Below, piece by piece: positions 19,510 to 29,907 of a DNA stretch of 64,000 nt. Position 1 is the first letter of the stretch. Each line of letters begins with the position of its first letter. The notes under the pieces are model-generated. The model saw nothing but the letters and a program-made list of their open reading frames with translations. It was not told the DNA's origin and did no database searches. Origin of the DNA: Candidatus Campbellbacteria bacterium. GTDB taxonomy: Bacteria > Patescibacteriota > Minisyncoccia > Phycocordibacterales > JAXHMZ01. A program made the translations under genes and the position numbers. Location of the stretch: NCBI GenBank assembly GCA_034521025.1, contig JAXHMZ010000005.1:26352-90351 (forward strand), written 5' to 3'.

Positions 19510-19998
19510 CTAAAACGGAATATCGTCCGGATTAATATCGTCTTCCGGATATTCTATAGTGTCTAGCTCTTCTCCCCCGTTCTGATTACCTCCCGAGTTG
19601 CTACTACTTCCTCCGGATTGATCGCTCGACTGATCATTGTCATTTTGGTTGTAATTGTCACCGCTTCCGGCTCCGGCTTTGTTGCCGAATTGTACGCGAT
19701 CGGCAACGATCTCGGTTCGATACCGCTTTTGTCCATCATTGCCTTCCCACGATCGGGTCTGAATTCGGCCTTCGATCATTACCTGCTGGCCTTTTTTAAG
19801 ATACTGAGCCGACGTTTCGGCTTGCCTGCCAAATACCACTATATTGTGAAATTCTGTCGCTTCTTGCCTCGCGCCGTCCTTCATCCAAACTCTGTTGGTA
19901 GCCACGCCGAACGTAGTCACTTTTGCCCCCGACGGCAGAGATTTTAGTTCCGGATCGCGGGTAAGGTTTCCAACTATGATTGCTTTATTTAGATACAT
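19510..19998 (-). CDS. ssb: Single-stranded DNA-binding protein
   Basis: LNKAIIVGNLTRDPE OB fold; C-terminal DDIPF. Confidence 0.98.
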   Translation of the reverse strand: MYLNKAIIVGNLTRDPELKSLPSGAKVTTFGVATNRVWMKDGARQEATEFHNIVVFGRQAETSAQYLKKGQQVMIEGRIQTRSWEGNDGQKRYRTEIVADRVQFGNKAGAGSGDNYNQNDNDQSSDQSGGSSSNSGGNQNGGEELDTIEYPEDDINPDDIPF

Positions 19999-20002
19999 AC
20001 TT

Positions 20003-20437
20003 TTATTCTATCACGAGATCATCAATTGTCTTGTCCATCTCCTCCTCGGAGACTTCTTCTTCGTCCGGTTCTTCTTCCTCTTTCTCTGTATTTATCCTGG
20101 TATCTTCACGAAGTGTTTTTACAACTATATGACGAAGAACTTCGTCAATATTTCGCACCTCTTGATCTATCTGCCCTATCTTGTCAGTGGCTGATTCGAA
20201 TTTGATCCAGCCAAAATATGCCGTGTCAAAATCCTCTCTTCCACCTTTTACTTTCTTGGAGATCGGATACGCGAGTTCTATTAGCTTTGGGAACTCCTCG
20301 GAAACTATCTCCGCGCTCGCGTCATCCAAAATAGACTTGATCTTAGACACGTGAGACGCAACCTCGTCTTCTGATACGAGGGGGATGAGATGGAAACCGA
20401 TCTCGTAAACGACTCCTTCTGTGTTTTTATCATTCAT
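20003..20437 (-). CDS. rpsF: 30S ribosomal protein S6
   Basis: YEIGF...LAYPISK...AYFGW...VLRHIVVK; position upstream of ssb. Confidence 0.92.
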   Translation of the reverse strand: MNDKNTEGVVYEIGFHLIPLVSEDEVASHVSKIKSILDDASAEIVSEEFPKLIELAYPISKKVKGGREDFDTAYFGWIKFESATDKIGQIDQEVRNIDEVLRHIVVKTLREDTRINTEKEEEEPDEEEVSEEEMDKTIDDLVIE

Positions 20438-20512
20438 ACTGGGCTACTCTAGCACAGAGACAGTCTGGTTTCAATAGTTTGTACTAGATGAGTACACCAT
20501 TAAATAGCGCCT

Positions 20513-20618
20513 TTGAACAACTTCGGAAGTTGTTCAACAACCAAAAGGTGTCAACCTGCCAGGTCGACCTGGCAGGTTGACACCTCAATTAATGCTTCAA
20601 TCTATAGATTGAAGCATT
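20513..20618. repeat. Stack of three unrelated long palindromes
   Basis: TTGAACAACTTC-G-GAAGTTGTTCAA (20513-20537); perfect 40-mer AGGTGTCAACCTGCCAGGTCGACCTGGCAGGTTGACACCT (20546-20585); AATGCTTCAATCTATAGATTGAAGCATT (20591-20618). Confidence 0.95.
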
Positions 20619-20638
20619 TAGAATGGCTAATTACAGCC

Positions 20639-21439
20639 CTACGGCCGGTTTAATCCAAAATCACGGCGCGCGTTGGAGAGAAGCTGTTTTCGTACTTTTT
20701 CCCTATCTTCTCCGCGAATGTCCGCGATCCTATCGTAGACGTATTTTACAAAGGTTGGCTCATTGCGCTTGCCTCGATTGGGCACGGGAGCGACAAAAGG
20801 CGCGTCGGTTTCACCGTGGATCTTGTCGAGTGGCGCGAATTCGATCGGCTCGTTGTAATTATCCGTGAAAGTAATAACTCCGGTAAAAGAGATGGTGAAA
20901 TCTATTTCTAGATATCGCCGAGCGTTTTCGAGCGACTGAGTGAAAAAATGCACGTTTCCGCGAAGGCGGTCGCCATGTTCCCTTTTCTTGCTTTCAAGAA
21001 AAGACACCGTGTCTTCGTCGGCGTCTCGGGTGTGTATCATTACCGGCAGATCATTCAGAACAGCAAAATCTACCTGCGCCTCAAAGTTCTTCTCCTGTAG
21101 ACGTTTTGCCTTCTCGATGTCGCCCTCAAGGTGAGAGTAGTCAAATCCGCACTCCCCGATAGAGACTACCTTTTCTGATCTTAGCAATCTCTCAAATGTT
21201 TCTCGCTTGTCTTCAAATAGCTCGCTTGAGTCTCCCGGATGTATACCTATTGAAGTAAAAATATTGTCGTTGTTCTCGGAGAGCTCTACTTCTTCTACGC
21301 TGGTGGCAGAATCTATCCCTATAGATATAGTAGCTACTCCCTCTTCGTTCATTCGGGACAATAACTCTTCGCGATCTTCATCATAGCTATCAAAATGCAG
21401 ATGGGAATGAATATCAATGTATTTTATTGCGTTTTCCAT
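20639..21439 (-). CDS. tatD: TatD-family DNase
   Basis: IDIHSHL, SIGIHP, IGECGFDY, IHTRDA, ETDAPFVAPVPNRGKRNEP. Confidence 0.95.
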   Translation of the reverse strand: MENAIKYIDIHSHLHFDSYDEDREELLSRMNEEGVATISIGIDSATSVEEVELSENNDNIFTSIGIHPGDSSELFEDKRETFERLLRSEKVVSIGECGFDYSHLEGDIEKAKRLQEKNFEAQVDFAVLNDLPVMIHTRDADEDTVSFLESKKREHGDRLRGNVHFFTQSLENARRYLEIDFTISFTGVITFTDNYNEPIEFAPLDKIHGETDAPFVAPVPNRGKRNEPTFVKYVYDRIADIRGEDREKVRKQLLSNARRDFGLNRP

Positions 21440-21486
21440 ACCTTAGAAATTAGTAATTTTTGTCACAATACGAGCATACTATCACA

Positions 21487-22637
21487 TCACTTGTCCCCTT
21501 TTCGACGGAAATACTTTTTGCCGGACAGTTTATCCGGTAAAAAACTCGCCTGCTTGCCTTTTTTGTCGGGATACATTTCGTAATCCTTGCCGTATCCTTC
21601 CTTTTTCATAAGCTCGGTCGGTGCATTGCGGATGTGCAATGGAATTGCCAGATTCCCGTATTTTTCGGCATCAGCCAGGACGGCTTTATAAGCGTCGTAG
21701 GCACTGCGATCTTTTTTCGCGGAGGCCAAGTAAGAGACCCCGTGAGCGAGATTTATCCCCGCCTCCGGCAGGCCGACTGTCTCAACCGCGCGGAAAACGG
21801 CGTTTGCCACCACCAGAGCTGTCGGTTGCGCCAACCCGATGTCTTCGGAGGCAAAAATGACCATTCGCCTGGCTATGAACTTTGGATCCTCTCCGGCCGA
21901 GATCATTCGCGCGAGGTAATACATAGCGGCATCTTTATCACCGGCTCGCATGCTTTTTATAAACGCACTTATAGTATTATAGTGCTCCTCGCCGGCGCGA
22001 TCGTAGCGCAAATTCTTCATCGCAGTTGCCTCCAGACTCTCCAGGTTTATTTCACCGTAAAGCGAGTATGTATTTTCCAAAAGCATCAAGACTTCCCTCG
22101 CATCACCGTTCGAGAAATTCAAAAGATACTCTCGGGCTTCGTCGCTTATATCTATATCCGCCCTATCAATGATGCGGCTGATCTCCTCCTCGGTGAGCTG
22201 GTTCAAAGAAAAAACTCTGACTCGAGACAAAAGAGGAGAGATTATCTCAAAGGAAGGATTCTCCGTGGTAGCACCTATGAGAACTATTTCACCGGACTCC
22301 ACATACGGCAAGAAGATAGTCTTGCTGTGCTTTATTGAAACGATGTATCTCATCTAGAAAAAGAACTTTTACTCCCACCATCTTTCGCGATTACGTTCTT
22401 TATGTCGGCCTTACCGGCGGATACCGCTGAAAGTTCAAAAAAGTCCGCGCCGATCGCTTCCGCGTAGATTCGCGCAATCGTGGTTTTGCCCACCCCCGGC
22501 GGCCCCCAAAGGATAAAGGAAAATATCTTTTTCTCCTTTATAGCGTGATACAAGGGCTTCCCTTTGCCGGTAAGGTGATCTTGACCTATAAATTCGTCTA
22601 AATTTTTTGGTCTTATTTTTGCAGCTAAGGGTTCCAT
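21487..22637 (-). CDS. rarA: Replication-associated recombination protein RarA/MgsA, split by a single frameshift near 22365-22375
   Basis: PLAAKIRP...ILWGPPGVGKTT in 22350-22637; VLFLDEIHRFNKAQQD continues in the frame of 21487-22353 (IGATTENPSF, ISAFIKSMR, FASEDIG). Confidence 0.93.
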
Positions 22638-22660
22638 AACCCGATATTACGCCTTTGCAG

Positions 22661-22700
22661 CAAAAAATAAAGTACAAAGTTTTGCTTTGTACTTTATTTT
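22661..22700 (-). terminator. AT-rich hairpin terminator after metG
   Basis: AAAAATAAAGTACAAAG-TTTTG-CTTTGTACTTTATTTTT. Confidence 0.65.
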
Positions 22701-22705
22701 TCTTT

Positions 22706-24148
22706 TTATTTCCTGGGAAAAAGAGGTTCGGGCATTTCTCTTTCTTCCAGTAGTTCGCGGATCCTCTTCCCTGTCTCCGGCATTGCTACTGTTAGAAGCG
22801 CGGCAATGTCGCCGAGACGTATAGCTAAGTACGCCACTGTTTCTTTAGCTTTGTCCGGATCGGTTTTTATCAGCTTGAATGGTTCTTCTTCTTGGATGAT
22901 CTCATCTAACTCGGACATTTCCCTCCACAGATAATCCATAGCTCGATTGAATTCATAAGCATCCAATAATTCTCTGAATTCTTTAGACTCTTCTGAAAGA
23001 TAAATATCTTCAACGGTCTCGAGACTGACTTCTACTTCGTATTGGATATACATTTTGAGTATGCGAGACACCAAGTTACCCAGGCCATTTGTAAGGTTTC
23101 CGTTATAGCTTTCGCCAAACGACTCTACGCTCATACTGGAATCCTCGAAAGGATGCACGTGGCGCAATAGATAATAACGCAATGCCTCAGCGCTGAAAGA
23201 GTTGACCAGATCAAGCGGGTCTATCACGTTGCCGAGGGATTTTGACATCTTTTCGCCGTCGTTGAGAATAAAGCCGTGGATAACCACTTGTTTTGAAGGC
23301 TCTATTCCCGCCGCCATCAACATTGCCTGCCACATAGCTGACTGCTGTCGGAGATTGTCTTTGCCCGCGAACTGGATAACCGGCCAAAACGAATTAAAGG
23401 TCTCTTCCTCGTCAGGCCACCCCAGGGTAGAAATATAGTTGACCAAAGCATCAAACCAGACGTACATTACATGCTCTTCGTCATCCGGCACTTCAACACC
23501 CCAAGGCATCTTCTCTTTGAGGCGCGAAATTGAAAAATCATTTAAGCCACGCTCGGTAAACAACTTTATCTCATTCAATCGATAGTCCGGCAAAACAAAA
23601 TCCGGCCTTTCCTCGTAGAGCTTTATAAGATCTTCGGCAAAACGTGAAAAAGTGAAAAAGTAATTCTCTTCGTCTATGAGCTCTATCTCCATATTAGGGT
23701 GAACCGGACAACGGCCGTTGACCAACTCGGAATCGGTCTTCTCCAACTCACATCCCACGCAATATTTTACTCTATAATGTTTTTTATATATAAAGCCGCC
23801 CTCTTTGGCTTTTTTCCAAAATTCGCGCGCGGCGTGTTTGTGATAGGAGTCCGTGGTACGAATAAAGTTCGTATAATCTATGTTGAGCTCATCGGCAAAA
23901 GAACGGAATCTCTCGGCGTATTGGTCCACATATTCTTGTGGCTCTAGATCGTTCTCTTCTGCTTTTCGCAATACTTTGAGTCCGTGCTCATCGGTTCCGA
24001 TATTGAAGAATGTCTCATATCCGGATAATCGGGAGTGACGCACAAAACAATCGGCTTGCACGAATTCAAGCGCGTGCCCCAAGTGAGGGTCGGCATTAAC
24101 ATATGGCAACGTAGTAGTAACGTATCTGGTATTGGCTTTTTCTGACAT
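22706..24148 (-). CDS. metG: Methionyl-tRNA synthetase (minimal monomeric form)
   Basis: LPYVNADPHLGH, GTDEHG, YVWFDALVNY, KMSKSLGN. Confidence 0.97.
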   Translation of the reverse strand: MSEKANTRYVTTTLPYVNADPHLGHALEFVQADCFVRHSRLSGYETFFNIGTDEHGLKVLRKAEENDLEPQEYVDQYAERFRSFADELNIDYTNFIRTTDSYHKHAAREFWKKAKEGGFIYKKHYRVKYCVGCELEKTDSELVNGRCPVHPNMEIELIDEENYFFTFSRFAEDLIKLYEERPDFVLPDYRLNEIKLFTERGLNDFSISRLKEKMPWGVEVPDDEEHVMYVWFDALVNYISTLGWPDEEETFNSFWPVIQFAGKDNLRQQSAMWQAMLMAAGIEPSKQVVIHGFILNDGEKMSKSLGNVIDPLDLVNSFSAEALRYYLLRHVHPFEDSSMSVESFGESYNGNLTNGLGNLVSRILKMYIQYEVEVSLETVEDIYLSEESKEFRELLDAYEFNRAMDYLWREMSELDEIIQEEEPFKLIKTDPDKAKETVAYLAIRLGDIAALLTVAMPETGKRIRELLEEREMPEPLFPRK

Positions 24149-24171
24149 TATCTTTTTTGTTTACTTATCTA

Positions 24172-25251
24172 CTAGGTGGGAATTTCTCTTTCGCTTTCTT
24201 CATCTTCTTCATTGTTACCTTCTAGCTCTTTTGTTTCTTTCTCTTTTTTGCCACTATTCTGCATATCTGTAATGAATTCGACAAGAACCGCCGAAACAGG
24301 TACGGCCAATATAACACCGAGAAAGCCAGCAAGCTTAGCTCCAATACCAACAGCCATAATGATCACGATCGGCGATACTCCAACCGCCCTTCCTACCACC
24401 AGTGGATATACAAAATTGCCTTCAATTGCTTGAACTAATATAAAGAGCACTACCACTAAAACTCCCAAAACAAGTCCGCCTTCTACCAAACCAACGATAG
24501 CGGCCGGTATGGTCATAAGCGTAGGACCAACGATCGGTATAAAATTCAAAAGACCCGAAAGAACGGCAAAGAAGAACGCATAAGGAACTCCGAGTATCAA
24601 CAGCCCCGTATAGACCAACAGCCCAACCAGAGCGGAAGAAACCAAGGTACCCTGAAACCACTTTCCGATCTTTCTCTGAGAGTTTTTCCATAGATTTGCC
24701 ACGTATTCAGAATATTGCGCCGGCGTTACATAGGCGAGAAAATTATCAACGCCATTTTTCTGAATAGAAAGATAGAACGAAATAGTTAGAATCAGGATAA
24801 AGTTAAACAGCCCTCCAAAAACAGTCGCGATACTGCCCAAAATACCATCCGTAAGATTACTCATCATATTACGAATACCTTCCGTGAGGTTCTCGAGGGA
24901 AAGTACCTCTACGTCTTCACTGTTGGCTACCTCCGAAAGCTCGGAAGAATATTCGGGTACCGAATTCAAAAAACCGGAAACTTCGCTCGCCAATATGGGA
25001 ACAAAGTAGTAGAAAAACAGAACAAACATTCCTATGGCAGTCGCGTAAATAATACCGGCAGAAACAACTCTGGGTATTTTTCTCTCTACTAAAAGATCCA
25101 CGGCAGGACTAGCGGCGGAAGCGAGAACAACCGCTACTAAAAGAATGAGTAGAATATCACGAACGACAAAAAGCAGAAGGATGCTTATAACAACCACCGC
25201 CGCTCTGATCATTGTTGCCGTATCAATGGAAATGACAGTTTTGTTATTCAT
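24172..25251 (-). CDS. AI-2E family (PerM/UPF0118) transporter
   Basis: Multi-TM; LNFIPIVGP, QAIEGNFVYP, GVILAVPVSA motifs. Confidence 0.9.
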   Translation of the reverse strand: MNNKTVISIDTATMIRAAVVVISILLLFVVRDILLILLVAVVLASAASPAVDLLVERKIPRVVSAGIIYATAIGMFVLFFYYFVPILASEVSGFLNSVPEYSSELSEVANSEDVEVLSLENLTEGIRNMMSNLTDGILGSIATVFGGLFNFILILTISFYLSIQKNGVDNFLAYVTPAQYSEYVANLWKNSQRKIGKWFQGTLVSSALVGLLVYTGLLILGVPYAFFFAVLSGLLNFIPIVGPTLMTIPAAIVGLVEGGLVLGVLVVVLFILVQAIEGNFVYPLVVGRAVGVSPIVIIMAVGIGAKLAGFLGVILAVPVSAVLVEFITDMQNSGKKEKETKELEGNNEEDEESEREIPT

Positions 25252-25303
25252 ACCCAAATTGTAGCACGTCAATTTTGTTAGTCATCTGTAATAACCAAGA
25301 AAA

Positions 25304-26581
25304 TTACTTCTCTAATAAGATCTTATTGAAACTGTTTTCTGTGCTATGGTTTCCAATTATCGCCAAGTTGAGTCTCTCGGGTGAGAAATATTTCTTAGCA
25401 ACACGCCGTACATCTTCGGCGGAAACAGCATTGATCTCCTTTTTTATTTCTTCAATGCTTTTTCTCTCTTTTTTCAAAACCTCTCTAAGTCCGTAAAACC
25501 TCGCCAAAGAATCGGAGGTCTCAAGCCCCAAAAGCAAGCGTCCTAAAATATACTCTTTGGCCTTATTAAGCTCTTCTTCAGAAACTACCTCCTCTCTTAA
25601 TTTCCTCAGTTCTTCCGTCAATATCGAGACAACCTCTTTTGCGCGAGAACGAGTTACGCCGGCAAATATCGCTCCTATTCCATGGTCACTCCCCAGGTGG
25701 AGACCTGAACCGGCGTAATACGCAACTCCCATTTCCTCACGCAACTTCTGAGAGACGCGAGAGCTCATACCGCCGCCCAAAATAGTATCAAACAAGTGAA
25801 GAGGTGAAGCGTCCTTATGGTCAAGCGATACGGTCTCACTTCCCAGGATCAAGTGGGTTTGGTCTGTTTTCTTGCGCTCCAGGTGAAGTCGTGGCTCTTT
25901 TTGTTTGAAATGTACTTTTGGTTTTTTGGCCTCCTTTCCTTTCTCTAATCCCTTGAAAAGAGCGCTAATAGTATCAACGACTTTTTCTTTTTTGATGTCT
26001 CCGGCTACCACAATTACGGTATTGTTGGCTTTGTAATAACGATCAACAAACGAGACAAAATCACGTCGAGAAAAGTTTTTTATCGTGTCCTTGTTCCCTA
26101 GTATATCCCGACCAGCCGGCTGATCACCATAAATAAGCGAGACAAAATTATCATAGACTTTGTCTTGGGGCGTGTCTCGATACATATTGATCTCTTCTAG
26201 AATGACCCCTCTTTCCATATTTATATCTTCTTCGCGCAGAGCCGGATTCAAGGTCATATCGGCAAGTACCTCGGTAACTTTTTCAAAATGTCTTTTCGCT
26301 GCCTTGATATAGTAGCCGGTATATTCGTGAGACGTAAAAGCATTGTAACCGGCTCCGATGCTGTCGAGCTCGAGTGAAATGTCCATAGCGCGCGGACGCT
26401 TCTCCGTGCCCTTAAATATCATATGCTCGAGAAAGTGGGATAAGCCACTTTCGTTTTTGCGCTCAAATTCAGAACCTACGTTAACCAAGGTCATCACCGT
26501 CACTGCGGGGTTACCTTTTATGGGCACATATAGAATGCGCACTCCATTTTTGAGTTCTATTACTTCCTCTTTTGCTGTCAT
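25304..26581 (-). CDS. M16 (pitrilysin) family zinc peptidase
   Basis: GLSHFLEHMIFKGT inverted HXXEH; YNAFTS; GGGMSSR...LREEMG.AY. Confidence 0.95.
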   Translation of the reverse strand: MTAKEEVIELKNGVRILYVPIKGNPAVTVMTLVNVGSEFERKNESGLSHFLEHMIFKGTEKRPRAMDISLELDSIGAGYNAFTSHEYTGYYIKAAKRHFEKVTEVLADMTLNPALREEDINMERGVILEEINMYRDTPQDKVYDNFVSLIYGDQPAGRDILGNKDTIKNFSRRDFVSFVDRYYKANNTVIVVAGDIKKEKVVDTISALFKGLEKGKEAKKPKVHFKQKEPRLHLERKKTDQTHLILGSETVSLDHKDASPLHLFDTILGGGMSSRVSQKLREEMGVAYYAGSGLHLGSDHGIGAIFAGVTRSRAKEVVSILTEELRKLREEVVSEEELNKAKEYILGRLLLGLETSDSLARFYGLREVLKKERKSIEEIKKEINAVSAEDVRRVAKKYFSPERLNLAIIGNHSTENSFNKILLEK

Positions 26582-26583
26582 AA

Positions 26584-27960
26584 TTAACTATTTTTTATCT
26601 TGGCGATAATATCCGAAACCGCGACTCGCTCTTGCTCTCCCGTATCGCGATGGCGAACGGTCACCGAATCGTCTTCAAGAGTGTCAAAGTCAACGGTGAT
26701 ACAAAATGGCGTACCTATTTCATCCTGCCTGCGATAGCGTTTGCCGATATTACCGTTGTCGTCAAAATGAGTTGCCGGTATTTCTTTTTTGATCTCGGAG
26801 AAGATCTCTCTTGCTTTGGACGTAAGTTGCGGTTTGTTTTTGAGAAGCGGGAAAACAGCGACTTTCACTGGAGCGATCTCATAAGGGAGCTTTAGAAACA
26901 CGCGCGACTCCTCGCCTGTTTCATCCGTGGAATAAGCCGAGAGGAAAATTGCGAGCATAGTTCGTTCTATACCAAGAGAAGGTTCAATAACATGAGGAAC
27001 AAAACGCTCTCCCGATTCTTGGTCAAAATACTCCAGCTTCGCGCCCGAGTGCTCAATGTGACGCGAAAGGTCGTAATCCGTACGATAAGCAAGACCCCAC
27101 AGTTCTTTTTGGCCGAACGGATACTCAAACTCAAAATCTATAGTGCGTTTGCTATAGTGGGCGCGATCCGCTTCGCTCACTTCCACTTCGTGGAGTTTGT
27201 CCGGATCAATACCTACCCTTGAGGCGAACTCATTCATAATGTTCTGCCACTCACTAAAGTGCTCTGACCACTCCTCTTCGCGCACAAAATACTCTACCTC
27301 CATCTGTTCTAGCTCGCGTATGCGAAAAACAAAGTTACGAGGTGATATTTCGTTGCGAAAGGCCTTCCCAATTTGGGCTATCCCAAAAGGAAGCTTGGGA
27401 GAAAAAGAATCAAGTATATTTTTAAAATTAACAAAAATACTTTGCGCGGTCTCCGGGCGCAGGTAAGCTTCTCCTCTGGGACCGCTATCAGACCCCAATT
27501 GAGTTTTGAGCATTAGATTAAAATCGCGCGCCTCCGAGAGTGGGTTACCAGCCGGGCTTTTTATCTCTCCCTCTTCTATTGCTTCCGTCATATCTTCAGT
27601 TGACATACCTTCCGTGTCTACTCCAGCTTCTTCCAATAGATGGTCGGCGCGAAAACGCTCCCCGGTCTCTGTGTCTTCCGTGATGGGATCAGAAAAGCCG
27701 CCTACGTGTCCTGACGCTTCAAGCATTACTCTAGGCAGAACTATAGCTCCGTCTATGCCATATATATTTTCTCTTGAAGAGACAAACTGCTCCCACCATA
27801 CGCGCTTGATATTTTCTTTCATTGCCGCTCCGTACGGTCCGTAGTCAAAAAATCCGGCGACTCCGTCATAGATCAGAGCGGTTGGATAGATAAAACCACG
27901 ACGTTTCAGTAGTGCAACCAGTGTATCCATTTCTTCCTTTTTGTTTTCACTCATAGTCAC
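26584..27960 (-). CDS. glyS: Glycyl-tRNA synthetase, alpha2 (eukaryote/archaeal-like) type
   Basis: YLRPETAQ, AQIGKAFRNEISP, PHVIEPSLGIER, IGKRYRRQDEIGTP. Confidence 0.97.
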   Translation of the reverse strand: MTMSENKKEEMDTLVALLKRRGFIYPTALIYDGVAGFFDYGPYGAAMKENIKRVWWEQFVSSRENIYGIDGAIVLPRVMLEASGHVGGFSDPITEDTETGERFRADHLLEEAGVDTEGMSTEDMTEAIEEGEIKSPAGNPLSEARDFNLMLKTQLGSDSGPRGEAYLRPETAQSIFVNFKNILDSFSPKLPFGIAQIGKAFRNEISPRNFVFRIRELEQMEVEYFVREEEWSEHFSEWQNIMNEFASRVGIDPDKLHEVEVSEADRAHYSKRTIDFEFEYPFGQKELWGLAYRTDYDLSRHIEHSGAKLEYFDQESGERFVPHVIEPSLGIERTMLAIFLSAYSTDETGEESRVFLKLPYEIAPVKVAVFPLLKNKPQLTSKAREIFSEIKKEIPATHFDDNGNIGKRYRRQDEIGTPFCITVDFDTLEDDSVTVRHRDTGEQERVAVSDIIAKIKNS

Positions 27961-29861
27961 TACTCTACCACAACTCCGGCTCCAAATTCAGCTAGATCTT
28001 CGGTATTTAAGGATTCTGCCGAACCTCGAAGAGTTGAGCCCGCAAAGGAGTCGGTACCTTCTATCACAGCTTCACGAACGAGAGTAGGCGCTGTACCCGC
28101 CTGAGTACTGCTAGGAGTAATTGAGATCTGGAATGAAGTGGTCTCTCCTCGGGTATTTTCTTCTACTCTGCCGACATTCCACACCACTTCGTTCGTCAAC
28201 TGGCTATAGCTAACCGAAGCACTGTCTTCAACCTCAACCAGCTCCACATACGCCGGTAACGCGGCTCTTACAGTAGTATCTGTAGCCGTATTGCCCGTGT
28301 TGTTGACCGACCAGTTGACGGTATAGGTCGTTTCCTCTTCTACCCTTGGCGGCGTAGGACCTGAATTAGTGAAAGGACCACTACTGTAAGTTAAGTTTTG
28401 TGTTACCGCCAGGTCAGACGCGATTCTCACAACTCTTTCAAGTTCACTTTCTACATTGCGTCTGTTTCCGGGAGCTTGAGCTTCACTGGCGCTCGCATCT
28501 ACATCTATGTCTATTTCGGGATTAGAGGCTCCGCCCAGCTCATTTCCTCCTACAGTCTCAAAGGAAAAAGATACAGACCCATTATCTCTTGGCCCGACCG
28601 ATCTTAGGTCAGAATCCGTGGATTGATTCCAAGTAATAGTATTTTCAGCTGATTGATAAAATCCATTCCTTACACTGATAGAGTTTCTTTCTATAAACTC
28701 GCTGTCGAGAAATGCTTTTATTTCAAGATCTTGCAACGTATTAGCTGTTGTGTTTTCCCAGTTAATATCAACCCTTACTCTTTCTCCAGTTGATACAGAC
28801 ACAGTCGGAGCGCTACTTTTGTTTATGTTCGTTGTTAGAGAAAGTTGCGGAAGTGTAATAGTAACTATTGCCCGCGAAGAAGCATAGAGGCGCCCGATTT
28901 GTCCGTTTACACTGCCTTCTACGCCTGAATTAAAAGTGAAGTGTCTTTCTTCGTTATTTTGTCCTTCCAGGTAACCCTCTATAGTAATAGACTCTGTGCG
29001 CCGAGGTTCAATATCGCCAATCCTCCACGTGTTGTTTCCTTCAATCGGACTGGGGTTTGAGGAGACAAAGCTAAAACCACCGGGATATTCAGCTTCAACA
29101 AGTATATCTTTCAGGTTTGCGCTAGTGTTTGAAGAAGCATCGATTTCTATTTCAAAAGTATCTCTGGATTGCGCCTCATCCACGCTAGGCGCCACCAAAA
29201 GGGACAGGGGCGATGAGCTAATGCGCACGATATGCTTATCTTCATTAGAGAATTCAGCGGAGGAAACGTTAGTTGTATATTCGAGCAAAAGATCTATTTC
29301 TATATCCTCTCCTTCTTCACCAAAAAGAAATACCGAGAATTCCTCCTCTACGGTCTCTCCTTCCTCTATCGTCCCTAATTCTCGTACGACACGGTCCATC
29401 TCCTCTCCGCTTTCATCAGACGAAAGAGAATTTTCCGGGAATGTCATAGCCAAGGAAGGATTAGACAGAGCGCTTTTATTCGTATTCTCTATAGAAACCG
29501 TTAGTTTGATCTCATCTCCCGCTCTGGCTGTAGTTGGTCCATCAATATCTATATTGACATTACGGGAAGAGATCAAAGAACCAGCTATAAAGAATTTATA
29601 AAATACGGTTCCGGCAGTTACTATTAAAAGTACAGTCGAAATTATAAAAAATATTTTGAGGTAGTTTACGTTTGACTTTGGCTTTTCTCTCTGTATTGTC
29701 TCTTTTGGGCGTTCCGGCTCTTTATATTCCCAATCTTTAGCCAGGTCCTCTCCATCGCTTTCATCGCTTTTCTCGCGGCGCGCTCGCTTTGAGTTACGCA
29801 CGGACTTACGCGAATACAAACCTCTTTTCATTTTATCCAAAGAATCATCATCTTCGTACAT
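27960..29861 (-). CDS. Single-pass membrane protein with repeated Ig-like (DUF11-like) extracellular domains
   Basis: One TM helix followed by beta-rich repeats; FTNSGPTPPRVEEETTYTVNW motif. Confidence 0.7.
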   Translation of the reverse strand: MYEDDDSLDKMKRGLYSRKSVRNSKRARREKSDESDGEDLAKDWEYKEPERPKETIQREKPKSNVNYLKIFFIISTVLLIVTAGTVFYKFFIAGSLISSRNVNIDIDGPTTARAGDEIKLTVSIENTNKSALSNPSLAMTFPENSLSSDESGEEMDRVVRELGTIEEGETVEEEFSVFLFGEEGEDIEIDLLLEYTTNVSSAEFSNEDKHIVRISSSPLSLLVAPSVDEAQSRDTFEIEIDASSNTSANLKDILVEAEYPGGFSFVSSNPSPIEGNNTWRIGDIEPRRTESITIEGYLEGQNNEERHFTFNSGVEGSVNGQIGRLYASSRAIVTITLPQLSLTTNINKSSAPTVSVSTGERVRVDINWENTTANTLQDLEIKAFLDSEFIERNSISVRNGFYQSAENTITWNQSTDSDLRSVGPRDNGSVSFSFETVGGNELGGASNPEIDIDVDASASEAQAPGNRRNVESELERVVRIASDLAVTQNLTYSSGPFTNSGPTPPRVEEETTYTVNWSVNNTGNTATDTTVRAALPAYVELVEVEDSASVSYSQLTNEVVWNVGRVEENTRGETTSFQISITPSSTQAGTAPTLVREAVIEGTDSFAGSTLRGSAESLNTEDLAEFGAGVVVE

Positions 29862-29907
29862 ACACTGAGTATAGCAAAGACTGAGCAAAAAATATAAACA
29901 ACACCAG

